The notes under the pieces were generated by a model, which saw only the letters and a program-made list of their open reading frames with translations, ran no database searches and was not told where the DNA came from. The position numbers were made by a program, and so were the translations under genes. Below, in pieces: positions 20,308 to 29,793 of a stretch of 59,646 bases of DNA; positions within the stretch are counted from its first letter, which is position 1; each line of letters starts with the position of its first letter. Source of the stretch: an uncultured archaeon (GTDB taxonomy: Archaea > Asgardarchaeota > Thorarchaeia > Thorarchaeales > Thorarchaeaceae); NCBI GenBank assembly GCA_964558645.1, contig CAZLEV010000016.1:1-59646 (forward strand). The letters run 5' to 3'.

Positions 20308-21777
20308 TTACAGCTCATGCTGCTCTTCTTGTAGGCCACCAGCTTCTTTGTAGATTGATTGGGCCTTTTCTCTAGCCATTTGAGCCATGTCTTTGGTGAT
20401 AAACCCTCTCTGAACTGCTCGCTTCAGCAGGTGTTGATCTATTATCCGTACGTTGCCGTCCCCGGGAAGACTGATTACGTCAATCTCAAGATCCAGATAT
20501 CTTACACGACTTGGGTTTGCTCCGTTGTTTGGATAGACCTCAACACCCGTGTTCACATTGATATACGTACCTTTCAGTGTGCCTTTACGTGAGTAATAGT
20601 CAGTTACAAGTGTGAGAGAACCAGGCACTACTTTGGCTATGGCATAGTCCCCTTCATCTCGTGGCACATCTACTCCGTCGGGAACATCCTCATTGAGTTT
20701 TAGCTTCCGATTAGTGTAACGGAACTGCCGTTTGATAGAGAATCCTGATGAATCTGAACTAACAACTCGTCCACGAGATAGAATAATGTTACGTCCATCG
20801 AGCTTCACGTGTTCTATGTTTACTGGATCACCCTTTCTAGGCAAGTCAAGTTCGACAACTCTTTCCAGTTTATCCGTTATGTATCTCCGTTCTTCTGGCC
20901 GCTCCTCAATTATTGATTCTGCAAAATCTACCAAGGACGCATAACCTGCACTCTTGTAATAATGATGTCTATCGATTGTCGGCCTTATTTTGGACCTCGT
21001 TTCGTCCAAAGCTTGTTTCACTTCTGCAGGGAATTCTATGTCTGCGTTACTTGTACCCTCGAAAAGCAGTCCCGGACGCTCTCCGTCATTATAGTTACTA
21101 TATATCTGGTGAGTTACGTCAAGAAGGTCTTCAACCTCTAGGCGGAGTTCCTCCTGAGTGAGATTCCTAGCTGCAGTACGCCAAAGAATCCCCCATCCAT
21201 CTGTGTGTCGTTTCAGATTCTTGCCCAGAACAGTGAGTTCTCTTCGCATCTCAGAGTCTTTGATTTTCGTGCTGAGTCTGACAACAGGCTCCGGAAGAAG
21301 AACTGCTGCACGACCAGGAACAGTGATGCTCGAAGAGAGTACGGGAGACTTCCGTCCATAATCATGAGCCTTAACTTGAACCATGATTATAGCACCACGC
21401 CGAAGACCTCTCTCAGGAAGAAGACCAGAAACTGAACCTAAATCTACCCGAGTTTGGCCGGTCTTCTCATCTCTGCCCAAAATGATGCCACGATAGATCG
21501 AGCTCTTTGCAACTCTAGGAGTCCGTATGACGACCCAGCCCAATCTTCTCCTCAGTACTTCCGTCAGACGATCAAGTATCGATTCGTATGCGATTGCAAC
21601 AATACCTTGTAGATCGCTCCGGTCCCAGATGTCGATATCTGGAATCTCTTTTCTAAAAGGTAGACCAAACCGTCTCGCGACTTCGGGTGTAGGTTGGACC
21701 ATCTCGAAGTGATTTTGTAGCATTATCTGGGTCAATGAGTGCGAATAGATACCTCTGATTCTTGCCTTTATCATCAA
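20308..21777 (-). CDS. FAU-1-type ribonuclease (RNase E/G-like plus DUF402)
   Basis: ARIRGIYSHSLT, HHYYKS, IEHVKLDG, YINVNTGVE and YLDLEIDV motifs. Confidence 0.88.
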   Translation of the reverse strand: MMIKARIRGIYSHSLTQIMLQNHFEMVQPTPEVARRFGLPFRKEIPDIDIWDRSDLQGIVAIAYESILDRLTEVLRRRLGWVVIRTPRVAKSSIYRGIILGRDEKTGQTRVDLGSVSGLLPERGLRRGAIIMVQVKAHDYGRKSPVLSSSITVPGRAAVLLPEPVVRLSTKIKDSEMRRELTVLGKNLKRHTDGWGILWRTAARNLTQEELRLEVEDLLDVTHQIYSNYNDGERPGLLFEGTSNADIEFPAEVKQALDETRSKIRPTIDRHHYYKSAGYASLVDFAESIIEERPEERRYITDKLERVVELDLPRKGDPVNIEHVKLDGRNIILSRGRVVSSDSSGFSIKRQFRYTNRKLKLNEDVPDGVDVPRDEGDYAIAKVVPGSLTLVTDYYSRKGTLKGTYINVNTGVEVYPNNGANPSRVRYLDLEIDVISLPGDGNVRIIDQHLLKRAVQRGFITKDMAQMAREKAQSIYKEAGGLQEEQHEL

Positions 21778-21858
21778 TGAACACTGATCCTTAAATGAAC
21801 GGCCCCTTTTGTTCCTCTAACAGGAACCAACAGCCCCTATCAAAGAGAGATAGCCTCT

Positions 21859-22122
21859 CTAGTCCCGTATAGGTTCCAGAAGACTGGAAACGTGCCATAT
21901 CTTTGTCCGAGCGTGATTTGGACAGTTGGGGTCTTGGCTGGGCTCGTCAAGCATGGATATCGCATTCTGCGCCCTTGCGGCTGGCGAATCATCTTCGTTT
22001 TCGAGAACGGCTATTGCTTCATTAGCCGCACGCCGTATGTTTCTGGGAACCGAAGAATCCTCGGATATTTGCTTTAGTAGGTGCTTGGACTGGTCAATGC
22101 TCTTCTGTACTTCGGGGTCCAT
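21859..22122 (-). CDS. UPF0147 family protein
   Basis: DSSVPRNIRRAA and DPNCPNHARTKIW...LLE motifs. Confidence 0.9.
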   Translation of the reverse strand: MDPEVQKSIDQSKHLLKQISEDSSVPRNIRRAANEAIAVLENEDDSPAARAQNAISMLDEPSQDPNCPNHARTKIWHVSSLLEPIRD

Positions 22123-22301
22123 TTTGGACTCACCTCGGAATTGTCTCTGCGCACTGATAGAGTGCGAATAACGAAAGACCCTGAACTCTCATTGGCATAT
22201 AGGCATTTTGGCATGGTCCCTTCAGCATTGGGATTGGGTCAGCATTGGATCGGCATTACTCCTTATATTCAGTTCCTGCATCATGTATCTTAGTGTGTCA
22301 C

Positions 22302-22652
22302 ATGAACGATAAGGATGATTTCTCAGTCAAGAGAATGGCAGACTTGTTGCGTAGAGGAGCCACCATGCTCGCACAACCGTGTCCTAACTGCGGTTCTCCA
22401 CTCATGAAAGCAGGCAACGAGATATTCTGTACCACATGCAATCAACGTGTGGGCAAGGAGAGAACGGATAGTGTTTCTCTGGAGAAGAAGATAGATGGCT
22501 CTGTGTTCTCAGCCTTGCAAGTGAGCATAATTAGGAAGCTAAGCGCCTTGAGTGAGGTTCTTGAGAGGGAGAATGATGTTGATACACTGACCCGCCTTGC
22601 CAATCTTCTTCTTATGCTCCTACAATCCCTCGAAAAGCTTGAGAGATACTGA
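22302..22652 (+). CDS. UPF0148 / Sjogren-scleroderma autoantigen-1-like Zn-ribbon protein
   Basis: MADLLRRGATMLAQPCPNCGSPL...FCTTC. Start moved to ATG 22302. Confidence 0.88.
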   Translation: MNDKDDFSVKRMADLLRRGATMLAQPCPNCGSPLMKAGNEIFCTTCNQRVGKERTDSVSLEKKIDGSVFSALQVSIIRKLSALSEVLERENDVDTLTRLANLLLMLLQSLEKLERY

Positions 22653-22706
22653 TTGATGGCATTTCTTCACTCATATGAAAGGACTACTGAAGTATCCGAT
22701 CGGTGG

Positions 22707-23357
22707 TCACTTGCCCTTGTCTGACGAGCTCCTTCGTAGCCTTGTCCTTCTTGCTTTGACTTCCTCAGGACCTTTCAGCACCTTGCTCTTCCGAATCTCG
22801 CACTGGCGAATGGGTATAATAACCCTAACAACGTCATTTACCTCCGCTGCAAGTTCGCCTAGAACAACCTTCTGCACTAACTCTTCAAAGGTATGCTTTT
22901 TCGCGTGAGTGCGGATGACCTTTTCTATTGCCTTTCGGACTGAATGTTCTTGACTGGTCTTAGCTCTGGTTGTAGTGAACACTATCACGGAAATTCGCAT
23001 TAGATAATCGTCTCTTGTGAGTATGGGCCCAATCCAGTCTATTCTTGTTGTACCTCTTCTGACAAGTCCACGAAGGTAATCTGAACTCCATTCGTGGCCA
23101 TGGAAGACTGTGTTCGCCTGTTGTCCCTTGACCTCAAATAGCTTGAATTTGAGCTTCACATGAATCTGGTCGAAGTCTCCAGTCAAATCATAGAGCGTGG
23201 GTTGTAGTGTTCGGCCAATTAGAAGGTCAGGATCTCCAGCTGGCGTTCGGCCAATCTCTTTGCTGTCGAAATAGTCGGGTGCAAGAATCTGATACCATGT
23301 TTTCTCGCGCCATTTGTCTCTGGTTCTTGCAGCTGCCTGTCGACTTCTGGAAGACAT
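22707..23357 (-). CDS. rps3ae: 30S ribosomal protein eS1 (S3Ae)
   Basis: RDKWREKTWYQILAP, TLYDLTGD, DYLRGLVRRG and IPIRQCEIRKSKVL motifs. Confidence 0.95.
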   Translation of the reverse strand: MSSRSRQAAARTRDKWREKTWYQILAPDYFDSKEIGRTPAGDPDLLIGRTLQPTLYDLTGDFDQIHVKLKFKLFEVKGQQANTVFHGHEWSSDYLRGLVRRGTTRIDWIGPILTRDDYLMRISVIVFTTTRAKTSQEHSVRKAIEKVIRTHAKKHTFEELVQKVVLGELAAEVNDVVRVIIPIRQCEIRKSKVLKGPEEVKARRTRLRRSSSDKGK

Positions 23358-23586
23358 ATCTATTCATCACGCTCTTACCTGGTTTCAAAAATGGGACAGC
23401 AATAATACTTCTGGTATATCCCACTCTCAGCAGGGTAACTTCGCGAACGACATCTGAGGTGAATAAAAACATTGTGACATGGATTACTGATGCACAATCC
23501 CCCCCTGAAGATTTGGGGGACAAAGCCTAGTTAGTTTCGTGTTGCCAAAATCGTTATATCGAAACCGTCTTCCATGATGGAACTAA

Positions 23587-23674
23587 GCGGAGGTTGCCAA
23601 GCCAGGTTAAAGGCGCAAGGTTTAGGTCCTTGTCTCGTAGGAGTTCACGAGTTCAAATCTCGTCCTCCGCACCA
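23587..23674 (+). tRNA. tRNA-Leu(TAG), no intron; CCA encoded
   Basis: GCGGAGG/CCTCCGC-ACCA acceptor, CAAGG-TTTAGGT-CCTTG anticodon arm, long variable arm, TTCAAAT T-loop. TTATAT box about 30 nt upstream. Confidence 0.96.
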
Positions 23675-23728
23675 AATCTTGTTCTTTGTCGAGGAGATAA
23701 ACAAAGATCTCTTGATGACTGTTCCAGC

Positions 23729-23929
23729 TTAGATAATGCGATACATAGCCCACGCTCCAAAATCCGCAAGACGGATAGAAGTGCTGCGTATATCCCATGA
23801 AATCTCCAGTGTCAACCGTTCATTGCAAGTTGGACAAGATTGTCCAACTTCTAGACTGCTGTCTGCTATCCTAATGCCATCTACAAGAGGGTGCTCTTGG
23901 ACTATCTCCTTAACTTTCTCTATCATCAC
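23729..23929 (-). CDS. Small hypothetical protein with CPTC motif (possibly a remnant)
   Basis: 66-aa ORF with a diverged, stop-interrupted paralog at 25497-25739 (+). Confidence 0.35.
   Translation of the reverse strand: MMIEKVKEIVQEHPLVDGIRIADSSLEVGQSCPTCNERLTLEISWDIRSTSIRLADFGAWAMYRII
23815..23870. repeat. Left copy of a 56-bp inverted repeat with an 11-2-11 palindromic core (23827-23850)
   Basis: Its reverse complement matches 25595-25650 at 53 of 56 positions. Core is AAGTTGGACAA-GA-TTGTCCAACTT. Confidence 0.9.
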
Positions 23930-23989
23930 TGTGCCAACGCCCCGTCATAAGGGAAACAATATTTTCTCTTCTAGATGAAACAGTGCGTA

Positions 23990-25072
23990 TTAGATTGGAT
24001 CTGTCACAATTTTGCTTGCCCACGTCTGAGCTGCAATAGCATCTCTGTAATCGAGTTCGGGTTCTTGCTTTCCAATGCAGCATTGTACAAAATGGTGGAT
24101 GAGCTGTCTATGCCCCCAGACACGAGGGCCTTTCAGCTCGAGCTTCCAGTGTTTTATTTCGTCTTCTTTTCCAATGAGAGTTACTTTGTTATTCCAATCA
24201 ACTCGAAGAGTGTTTCCGTTGTTGCCAAAAATCTCGAACCTGCTTGTATCTTGACCTTTCGCAACTGAAGAGCCATACATGAGTTTTCCGACAACGTTGT
24301 TCTCAAACCTGATCACACCTACAGTCTGATATCCCTTGAAATCATCAATACCTTCAATGGGCAGATAGTTGGCAGCCCACGCAACGTTCTCAATCTCCGA
24401 ATGAAAGAACCATCTAAACATATCCAGAGACCACAAGGATAAAGTATAATCTGGATAACCTCCACTCCGCTCTCTATCCCAAGCCCATGATGAGAGTGGC
24501 CACTGCTTGGCCAAGTCCTCAGCCGCAATGAACTCCCTGAAGGTGATTGCTATGGGTCTGCCAATTGCTCCATCTTCAAAGAGCTCCTTTGCTTTCACAT
24601 ACCCGGGGCATCTCCTGAAATTCAGGATTGGCATCAGAATCAGCCCATTCTCTTCTGCAAGTCTACCCAGCTCTCTTGCATCCTTGATATCGGGTGCTAT
24701 AGGCATCTCTAGATATACATGCTTTCCGCCCTCGAGTGCCTCTTTGGCCATTGAATAGTGATAAGGTGTCGGTGTTGCAACACAGACAGCATTAACCTCA
24801 GGATCAGTACATACTTCGCTCCAATCATAGTAGATTCTGATTCCATACTTCTCTTTCAGTTTGGTAGCCTTTTTCTCGCTTTCTCGCCCCTTTCTTGCTA
24901 TTACACCTAACAACCTAGAATTGCTCACCTTCCTGAAGGATGGGACGTGGGCTTGACCTCCAACGAAACCCAGACCTGCACAGACTGTCTTTAGTAGCCT
25001 ATCTGTCACTTCTTTCTCGCTCCTTTCTTCGTCACCTGAATCAGAGTATCTTGATGATATATAACTAGGCAA
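23990..25072 (-). CDS. Gfo/Idh/MocA-family NAD(P)-dependent oxidoreductase
   Basis: AGLGFVG Rossmann motif, VCVATPTPYH, and GKHVYLEMP (a variant of EKP). The true start is probably about 20 codons in. Confidence 0.9.
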   Translation of the reverse strand: MPSYISSRYSDSGDEERSEKEVTDRLLKTVCAGLGFVGGQAHVPSFRKVSNSRLLGVIARKGRESEKKATKLKEKYGIRIYYDWSEVCTDPEVNAVCVATPTPYHYSMAKEALEGGKHVYLEMPIAPDIKDARELGRLAEENGLILMPILNFRRCPGYVKAKELFEDGAIGRPIAITFREFIAAEDLAKQWPLSSWAWDRERSGGYPDYTLSLWSLDMFRWFFHSEIENVAWAANYLPIEGIDDFKGYQTVGVIRFENNVVGKLMYGSSVAKGQDTSRFEIFGNNGNTLRVDWNNKVTLIGKEDEIKHWKLELKGPRVWGHRQLIHHFVQCCIGKQEPELDYRDAIAAQTWASKIVTDPI

Positions 25073-25496
25073 AGGGCTTGCGTGTAGAACCGTTACAATC
25101 TCTTGTCTTTTACTTTATTGTATACGCGTCCATCTCTTGATCTCCAAGGGGGAATCTGATGGAGGGGGTTGCATGATTGGTTACTGAGAACTCCTATCGA
25201 CAGGATTTGGGAAAGGGAATTATTCATGACACTGAGTGCTTCAATATTACAGCCTTCAGGGGGCACTTCTTCTTGTTATGTGGATTGTTGAGTTCCACCG
25301 ATTCCTCAATAAGAACGAAGATTCTCTCTAGTTTCTTGCTGGATTTGCTTCTTGAATGAGAAACATCCTTCTGTTTTCATTTAACATCAATTCGTAGACT
25401 AACGGAGCACAAGACCAAGAAGACAGGATTCCTCATCGGAAATGAGAAGCGATGGGGGTGATTCGCGAGAAGAAGTGGTGCCAAGGAAGGGATTCG

Positions 25497-25739
25497 ATGG
25501 TAGACGAAGAATGGAAGAATCCTTCTAACAAACTCGGAAATCAGATTGCAAGAAATGCCCTGAGAATCTATCCAGAGATTATTACGGAATAGAAGATAGC
25601 AGACAGCAGTGTAGAAGTTGGACAAGATTGTCCAACTTGCAATGAACGGTCGATAGGAATTAAGCATTGCCTCTTTAGTTTTCGAGCCGGTCTATGCGAT
25701 TATGGTCTGTCTGTTCTAGCTCTATGCCTGATGATCTAA
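25497..25739 (+). pseudogene. Stop-interrupted paralog of the 23729-23929 ORF
   Basis: MVDEEW...IITE*KIADSSVEVGQDCPTCNER..., with an in-frame TAG at 25590-25592. Confidence 0.35.
25595..25650. repeat. Right copy of the 56-bp inverted repeat (palindrome 25615-25638)
   Basis: Direct comparison with 23815-23870. Confidence 0.9.
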
Positions 25740-25792
25740 CGGGTTGGCACAGGCATTAACGTTATATCGGAAGCACGTAGGGAGTTCCTCAA

Positions 25793-25897
25793 GCCGGGGT
25801 ATCCAAGCGGCTACGGAGACGGTCTCGAACTACTTTCTAGTACGAGACAACCGTTGCCCTTACGGGCACAGGGGTTCAAATCCCTTCCCCGGCGCCA
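25793..25897 (+). tRNA. tRNA-Ser(CGA) with a 19-nt canonical 37/38 intron (25830-25848); CCA encoded
   Basis: GCCGGGG/CCCCGGC-GCCA acceptor. ACGGT-CTCGAA|intron|A-ACCGT with a perfect BHB (CTCG/CGAG). Long variable arm. Confidence 0.95.
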
Positions 25898-25899
25898 TC

Positions 25900-26440
25900 T
25901 GCTTCTGTGCTTGGCTCGCCATACACAGATGACTTTGACACAGGCTCCCTTCATGCTCTGGACTCCTGTCCAAGTATGTCCAACTAAGAACCATTGGCAT
26001 CAAAATAGCTATGTTCGATCCCGTGGAAACTCTCTCAGGCTGCCTGCAAAGTTTCGGAGAGAAACCACGTCTTCGTTCTATTGCACAACTATTCTGTGAA
26101 GGCCAGAGCCCCCCAGCATTGGCACTGGGTTGAATATTATCAACTTCAATGATATTCCGCCTTACGTTGACATCAGCATGGAAATGCTTCCCGCTGGATT
26201 GACATTCATCAGTCTGCGAGTTTTCCAGATAGACTGTTTCTGACAGATTGAGTGAGCTCGTCCGTCTGAAACTTCTGTGTTCCACCCGTCCCCTGTCAGC
26301 GTCACCGCCCTCAGCAGTCCCAAAGGACACTGAGTCAACAGGGGCTTTGTCCGTGGTCATCAGGATGGAATCCCTCCCACAGTCCGCGCTTCCTCCTCCT
26401 GTGCGTGTCCTGAGGCATCACGCTCAGCCACAGTGAGGCT
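25900..26440 (-). ncRNA. Candidate long structured ncRNA of unknown family
   Basis: Nested helices CTGTG/CACAG, TTCCATCC/GGGTGGAA, CCCCTGT/ACAGGGG, CTCAG/CTGAG, GTCC-TTTG-GGAC and GCG-GTGA-CGC, plus several downstream hairpins. G-U pairs and the GNRA loop favour the minus strand. No credible ORF. Confidence 0.5.
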
Positions 26441-26584
26441 TTCTACGCAGTGATTAGAAAATGATTTGTTGTAAGAAACCCCGGCAAGTTTTTGCAAGAG
26501 CCGTATGTGAAGATAAAGGCTCTCACCTGTGAACGCCTTGATGCCAGAGATACAATCTTAGATAGTGGCCCATTTGATCACAAA

Positions 26585-27988
26585 CTATGGCTGTTTCTCC
26601 TTCAACTCTTCAAGTGTCAAGTTCATGGTCTTCTTGGCTATCTCGGCCAGTCTATCAACGGACTGCTGGGTCTTGCCACCGACATAGAGCCTAGCCTTTG
26701 GTTCTGTTCCCGAAACTCTGACCAAGAGGTATGAACCATCGTTCCGTTCAATCCGTATGCCATCGACCTTGAGGACCTGACTGATACTCGATATCTTCTC
26801 AGGTAGGGTTTCACCTATAGTCTGCATGAATTGCTGTTTCAGCGAATCTGAGCATGGAATGAAGTCACGGATCATGGGATACTCAGGTATCTGCTTCATT
26901 AGTTCAATACAGCTTCCTTCACCCTCATTGACAACGAGCTGGGCAAAGCGTATAGCGCCCGCAATGCCATCCATCCATCCCCCAAGCTCGGTGAATATGG
27001 GTTTCCAAGGCTCAGAAGCGAATACGATTTTGTCATATCGCAGAGCAAGCTCCTCCTGGAGAGACCCGAGGGGGCGACGTATCACCTCTCCACCAAGAGA
27101 CTTCACGATTTCGTCTATGACATTCGAAGTGTCAATTGATACGACAACCTTTCGTTGGTTTCGCTCTTCTAGTTCATACTTCGCGAACAAAGCAATGATT
27201 CGATTCTGATCAATGAAGCGCCCTCTTTCGTCGATTACTGCAAGACGGTCCCCGTCTCCGTCATGGCAGAGGGTCGCTCCGAAATCAGACTCTGCAGCCA
27301 TATTCATGGTGGACTCTAGATTGTGCGGAGATGGTTCAGCAGGCCGACCAGGAAAATGGCCGTCTTGATGGGAGTTAATTGTCAAGACCGAGAATCCCAA
27401 ATCACGAAGAAGGTGAGGTGTATAATTGGATGCAGCGCCGTTCGCCGCATCGACAAGAATCTTACAGCTTTCCTTGACGTCGCCTCTATTGAGTATCATG
27501 TTCTTGATTCGCTGCATGTATGATGTGCGTGTATCGTGAGAAGTCTTCGTCCCTATTAGATTCCAATCTGCAGTAAGAAATTCTTCGTCGAAGTAGTAGT
27601 TCTCAACCTCGATTTCTTCTGCTCTCAGGAACTCGCGCCCTTGCTTGAAGAACTTGAACCCATTATCTGAAGGAGGATTGTGACTCGCCGTGATCACGAC
27701 GCCTATGTCAATGCCATCAATAGAACTCTGGAAACCAACTGCCGGCATTGGGACTATGCCGAGGTCGATTATATCAACACCCGTGGACAGCAGGCCTGAT
27801 ACGAAGGCGTGATGGAGCATCACGCGCGAGGTTCGTGCGTCAGTGCCCACCGCAACGACGCCGCTTCCTTTGAGAGTACTGCCAAGTGCACGGCCTAGAT
27901 TCATCGAGCTGGCCGGATTCACTTTTTCGAATCCACCTCTGATTCCCGATGTTCCAAAGAGCTTCTGTTCATCTTCTGTGTGGACCAT
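26585..27988 (-). CDS. Alpha-D-phosphohexomutase (phosphoglucosamine / phosphomannomutase family)
   Basis: LFGTSGIRG, ITASHNP, DGDGDR and RVSGTEP motifs. Confidence 0.95.
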   Translation of the reverse strand: MVHTEDEQKLFGTSGIRGGFEKVNPASSMNLGRALGSTLKGSGVVAVGTDARTSRVMLHHAFVSGLLSTGVDIIDLGIVPMPAVGFQSSIDGIDIGVVITASHNPPSDNGFKFFKQGREFLRAEEIEVENYYFDEEFLTADWNLIGTKTSHDTRTSYMQRIKNMILNRGDVKESCKILVDAANGAASNYTPHLLRDLGFSVLTINSHQDGHFPGRPAEPSPHNLESTMNMAAESDFGATLCHDGDGDRLAVIDERGRFIDQNRIIALFAKYELEERNQRKVVVSIDTSNVIDEIVKSLGGEVIRRPLGSLQEELALRYDKIVFASEPWKPIFTELGGWMDGIAGAIRFAQLVVNEGEGSCIELMKQIPEYPMIRDFIPCSDSLKQQFMQTIGETLPEKISSISQVLKVDGIRIERNDGSYLLVRVSGTEPKARLYVGGKTQQSVDRLAEIAKKTMNLTLEELKEKQP

Positions 27989-28100
27989 ATCCTAGCCTCC
28001 GCATCTTCTGTATCTCGTTTCTTGTTCGTGGCTGTTGGCAATCAATCTTGTCCTACTATAGACTGTTGGAGGAGAATAGATTCTACGACCTTAATAACTG

Positions 28101-28691
28101 GTGTCCACACTGAACTACATGCACCGCCAACATCTATGCTTGGTTTCAAGGGTGATTCCTGACACAACCTCGCATACGCAAGGAGAAAATCATCTTGAAA
28201 GCCAGCGGTTGTGGTCAATAGCCAAAAACGAACAAGCCCATTCTCTTCTCCGGGAACCAGCAATAATTGAGCTGAGTAGAAGAAGAGAAATGGGGGCAAT
28301 GGAACTGTGTGATGCCTTGCTCGATTCCCAGAATGTCGAAGATTGGTTTGTTGCAGTCCACGCTTTGGCTGCAATGGGCACACCTGATGCGATTGAACGG
28401 CTGATTCTACTTCATGCGAATTCAAAAGACTGGAAGCGACGATATGTCTTCATGTCGATTGGGAGAATTCTTACATTGGAGTTTGTCCGACCTTTCCGGC
28501 AAATGGCAAAAGACTTCTTGATGGTAGAAATGCTGGATGTGACAGGGTGGACTAGAACTGCCATCCTTACAATGAAATCGGTATGTAATCGCTATGGTAT
28601 TGGAGTATTAGAGAGAACGCAGCCGAGCTGTCAAGCAGCACAGCACCAACTCCCGGAAACCGAACATACCGTTGTTATTCAGAAAGCATAG
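28101..28691 (+). CDS. Hypothetical protein with HEAT-like repeat
   Basis: AVHALAAMGTPDAIERLI helix pair. Start uncertain. Confidence 0.55.
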   Translation: MSTLNYMHRQHLCLVSRVIPDTTSHTQGENHLESQRLWSIAKNEQAHSLLREPAIIELSRRREMGAMELCDALLDSQNVEDWFVAVHALAAMGTPDAIERLILLHANSKDWKRRYVFMSIGRILTLEFVRPFRQMAKDFLMVEMLDVTGWTRTAILTMKSVCNRYGIGVLERTQPSCQAAQHQLPETEHTVVIQKA

Positions 28692-28692
28692 A

Positions 28693-29661
28693 TTAGTTTC
28701 TAGGTAGAGCGAGATCTGCTATGTCTTTTGCAGATTCTCCAATTCGTGCCAATATATCTAAGATTTGAGTATGAGAGAGCTGCTCTTCCTTGGATACGAG
28801 GTGGTGACGAACTGCATCTATGCGCACCAACATCTCTTTCTCGGCATCCATGACCCATGCAACCTTATCAGAATCAAATCTGAACAGATTGGAGAGAGAT
28901 TTTGCCAGCATTTCCTTGATAGTGCCGCTGATAGATTCAATCTCCTTCGCCAGTTGTTTGGGAACGGGTTGGCTCGTTAGACCCGCTATATCCACAGCAA
29001 GATCCGCAATTCGTTCAATGTACTGAATTACAAGACGATAATCCAATGCCTCGACAGGAGCAATCCCCATCTTGTCCGCCATGCTAGGATACTGAATTGC
29101 AGATCGTAGCTCTCGGACTATCAAGAAAAATAAGCGGTCAACTTCCTCGTCCTGATTTGCAACATCTTTGGCAAGCTTACCGTCCCCTTCGAGATATGCC
29201 TGCAGAGCATCACGAAGCATTCTGGTCGCTATCAGATTTGTTCGTTTCATTGCTTTCTGAACAGGGATTGTAGACGGATCCACAAGGCACTGGATGAGCA
29301 GCATCTGGTCTTCTTCATCAGTGACTTCCAGAGCGACGAAGCGCTTGATGATGCGTTTCAGTTCTTCTCTTTGTTCGTTTGTGATGGGTTCATCGCTTAC
29401 AACACGAATCTCATCAAATCCGAGCAAGTATTTGCTCGTAATGCCCCACCTCAAATTTGATTGGATTCGAATCTCCGTTTTTCTGCTTTCATCCGACTCG
29501 CGCATTCTTGGGTCGATAATCAGACAACCATCCTCCTTCTCCGACACAATAACAGTATCGCCCTTTTCGAGATTCTGCCTCAAGACCCAATCTTTTGGTA
29601 GCACTACTAGGTAGGAACTACCTGTTCTCCCACCAGTTTGCTGAAGCTTCCTAGTTTCCAT
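28693..29661 (-). CDS. phoU: Phosphate uptake regulator (AbrB-like N-terminus plus PhoU repeats)
   Basis: METRKLQQTGG..SSYLVVLPKDWV, DEEVDRLFFLIVR and IERIADLA motifs. Confidence 0.9.
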   Translation of the reverse strand: METRKLQQTGGRTGSSYLVVLPKDWVLRQNLEKGDTVIVSEKEDGCLIIDPRMRESDESRKTEIRIQSNLRWGITSKYLLGFDEIRVVSDEPITNEQREELKRIIKRFVALEVTDEEDQMLLIQCLVDPSTIPVQKAMKRTNLIATRMLRDALQAYLEGDGKLAKDVANQDEEVDRLFFLIVRELRSAIQYPSMADKMGIAPVEALDYRLVIQYIERIADLAVDIAGLTSQPVPKQLAKEIESISGTIKEMLAKSLSNLFRFDSDKVAWVMDAEKEMLVRIDAVRHHLVSKEEQLSHTQILDILARIGESAKDIADLALPRN

Positions 29662-29793
29662 ATGATTTTCACCGCAGTATGATGGCTCCAAATAATAGTC
29701 ATGATGTAGTCTTATTATGATTGTCAGCCGAGCACATCATGTATTGGGTTCAATTTTAAAGGAGATAGAGATGAATACGAAGCCGATGAAACA

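Noticed and set aside
25860-26360. 166-aa minus-strand ORF
   Set aside because: It runs into tRNA-Ser, has no recognisable motifs, and coincides with the structured RNA candidate.
26340-26365. Hammerhead ribozyme suggested by CTGATGA on the minus strand
   Set aside because: No correctly placed stem II and GAAA, and no cleavage-site geometry.
26385-26430. U3 snoRNA-like boxes (CTGAGCGTGA, GAGGAAG)
   Set aside because: The box order does not fit U3, and the short matches may be chance.
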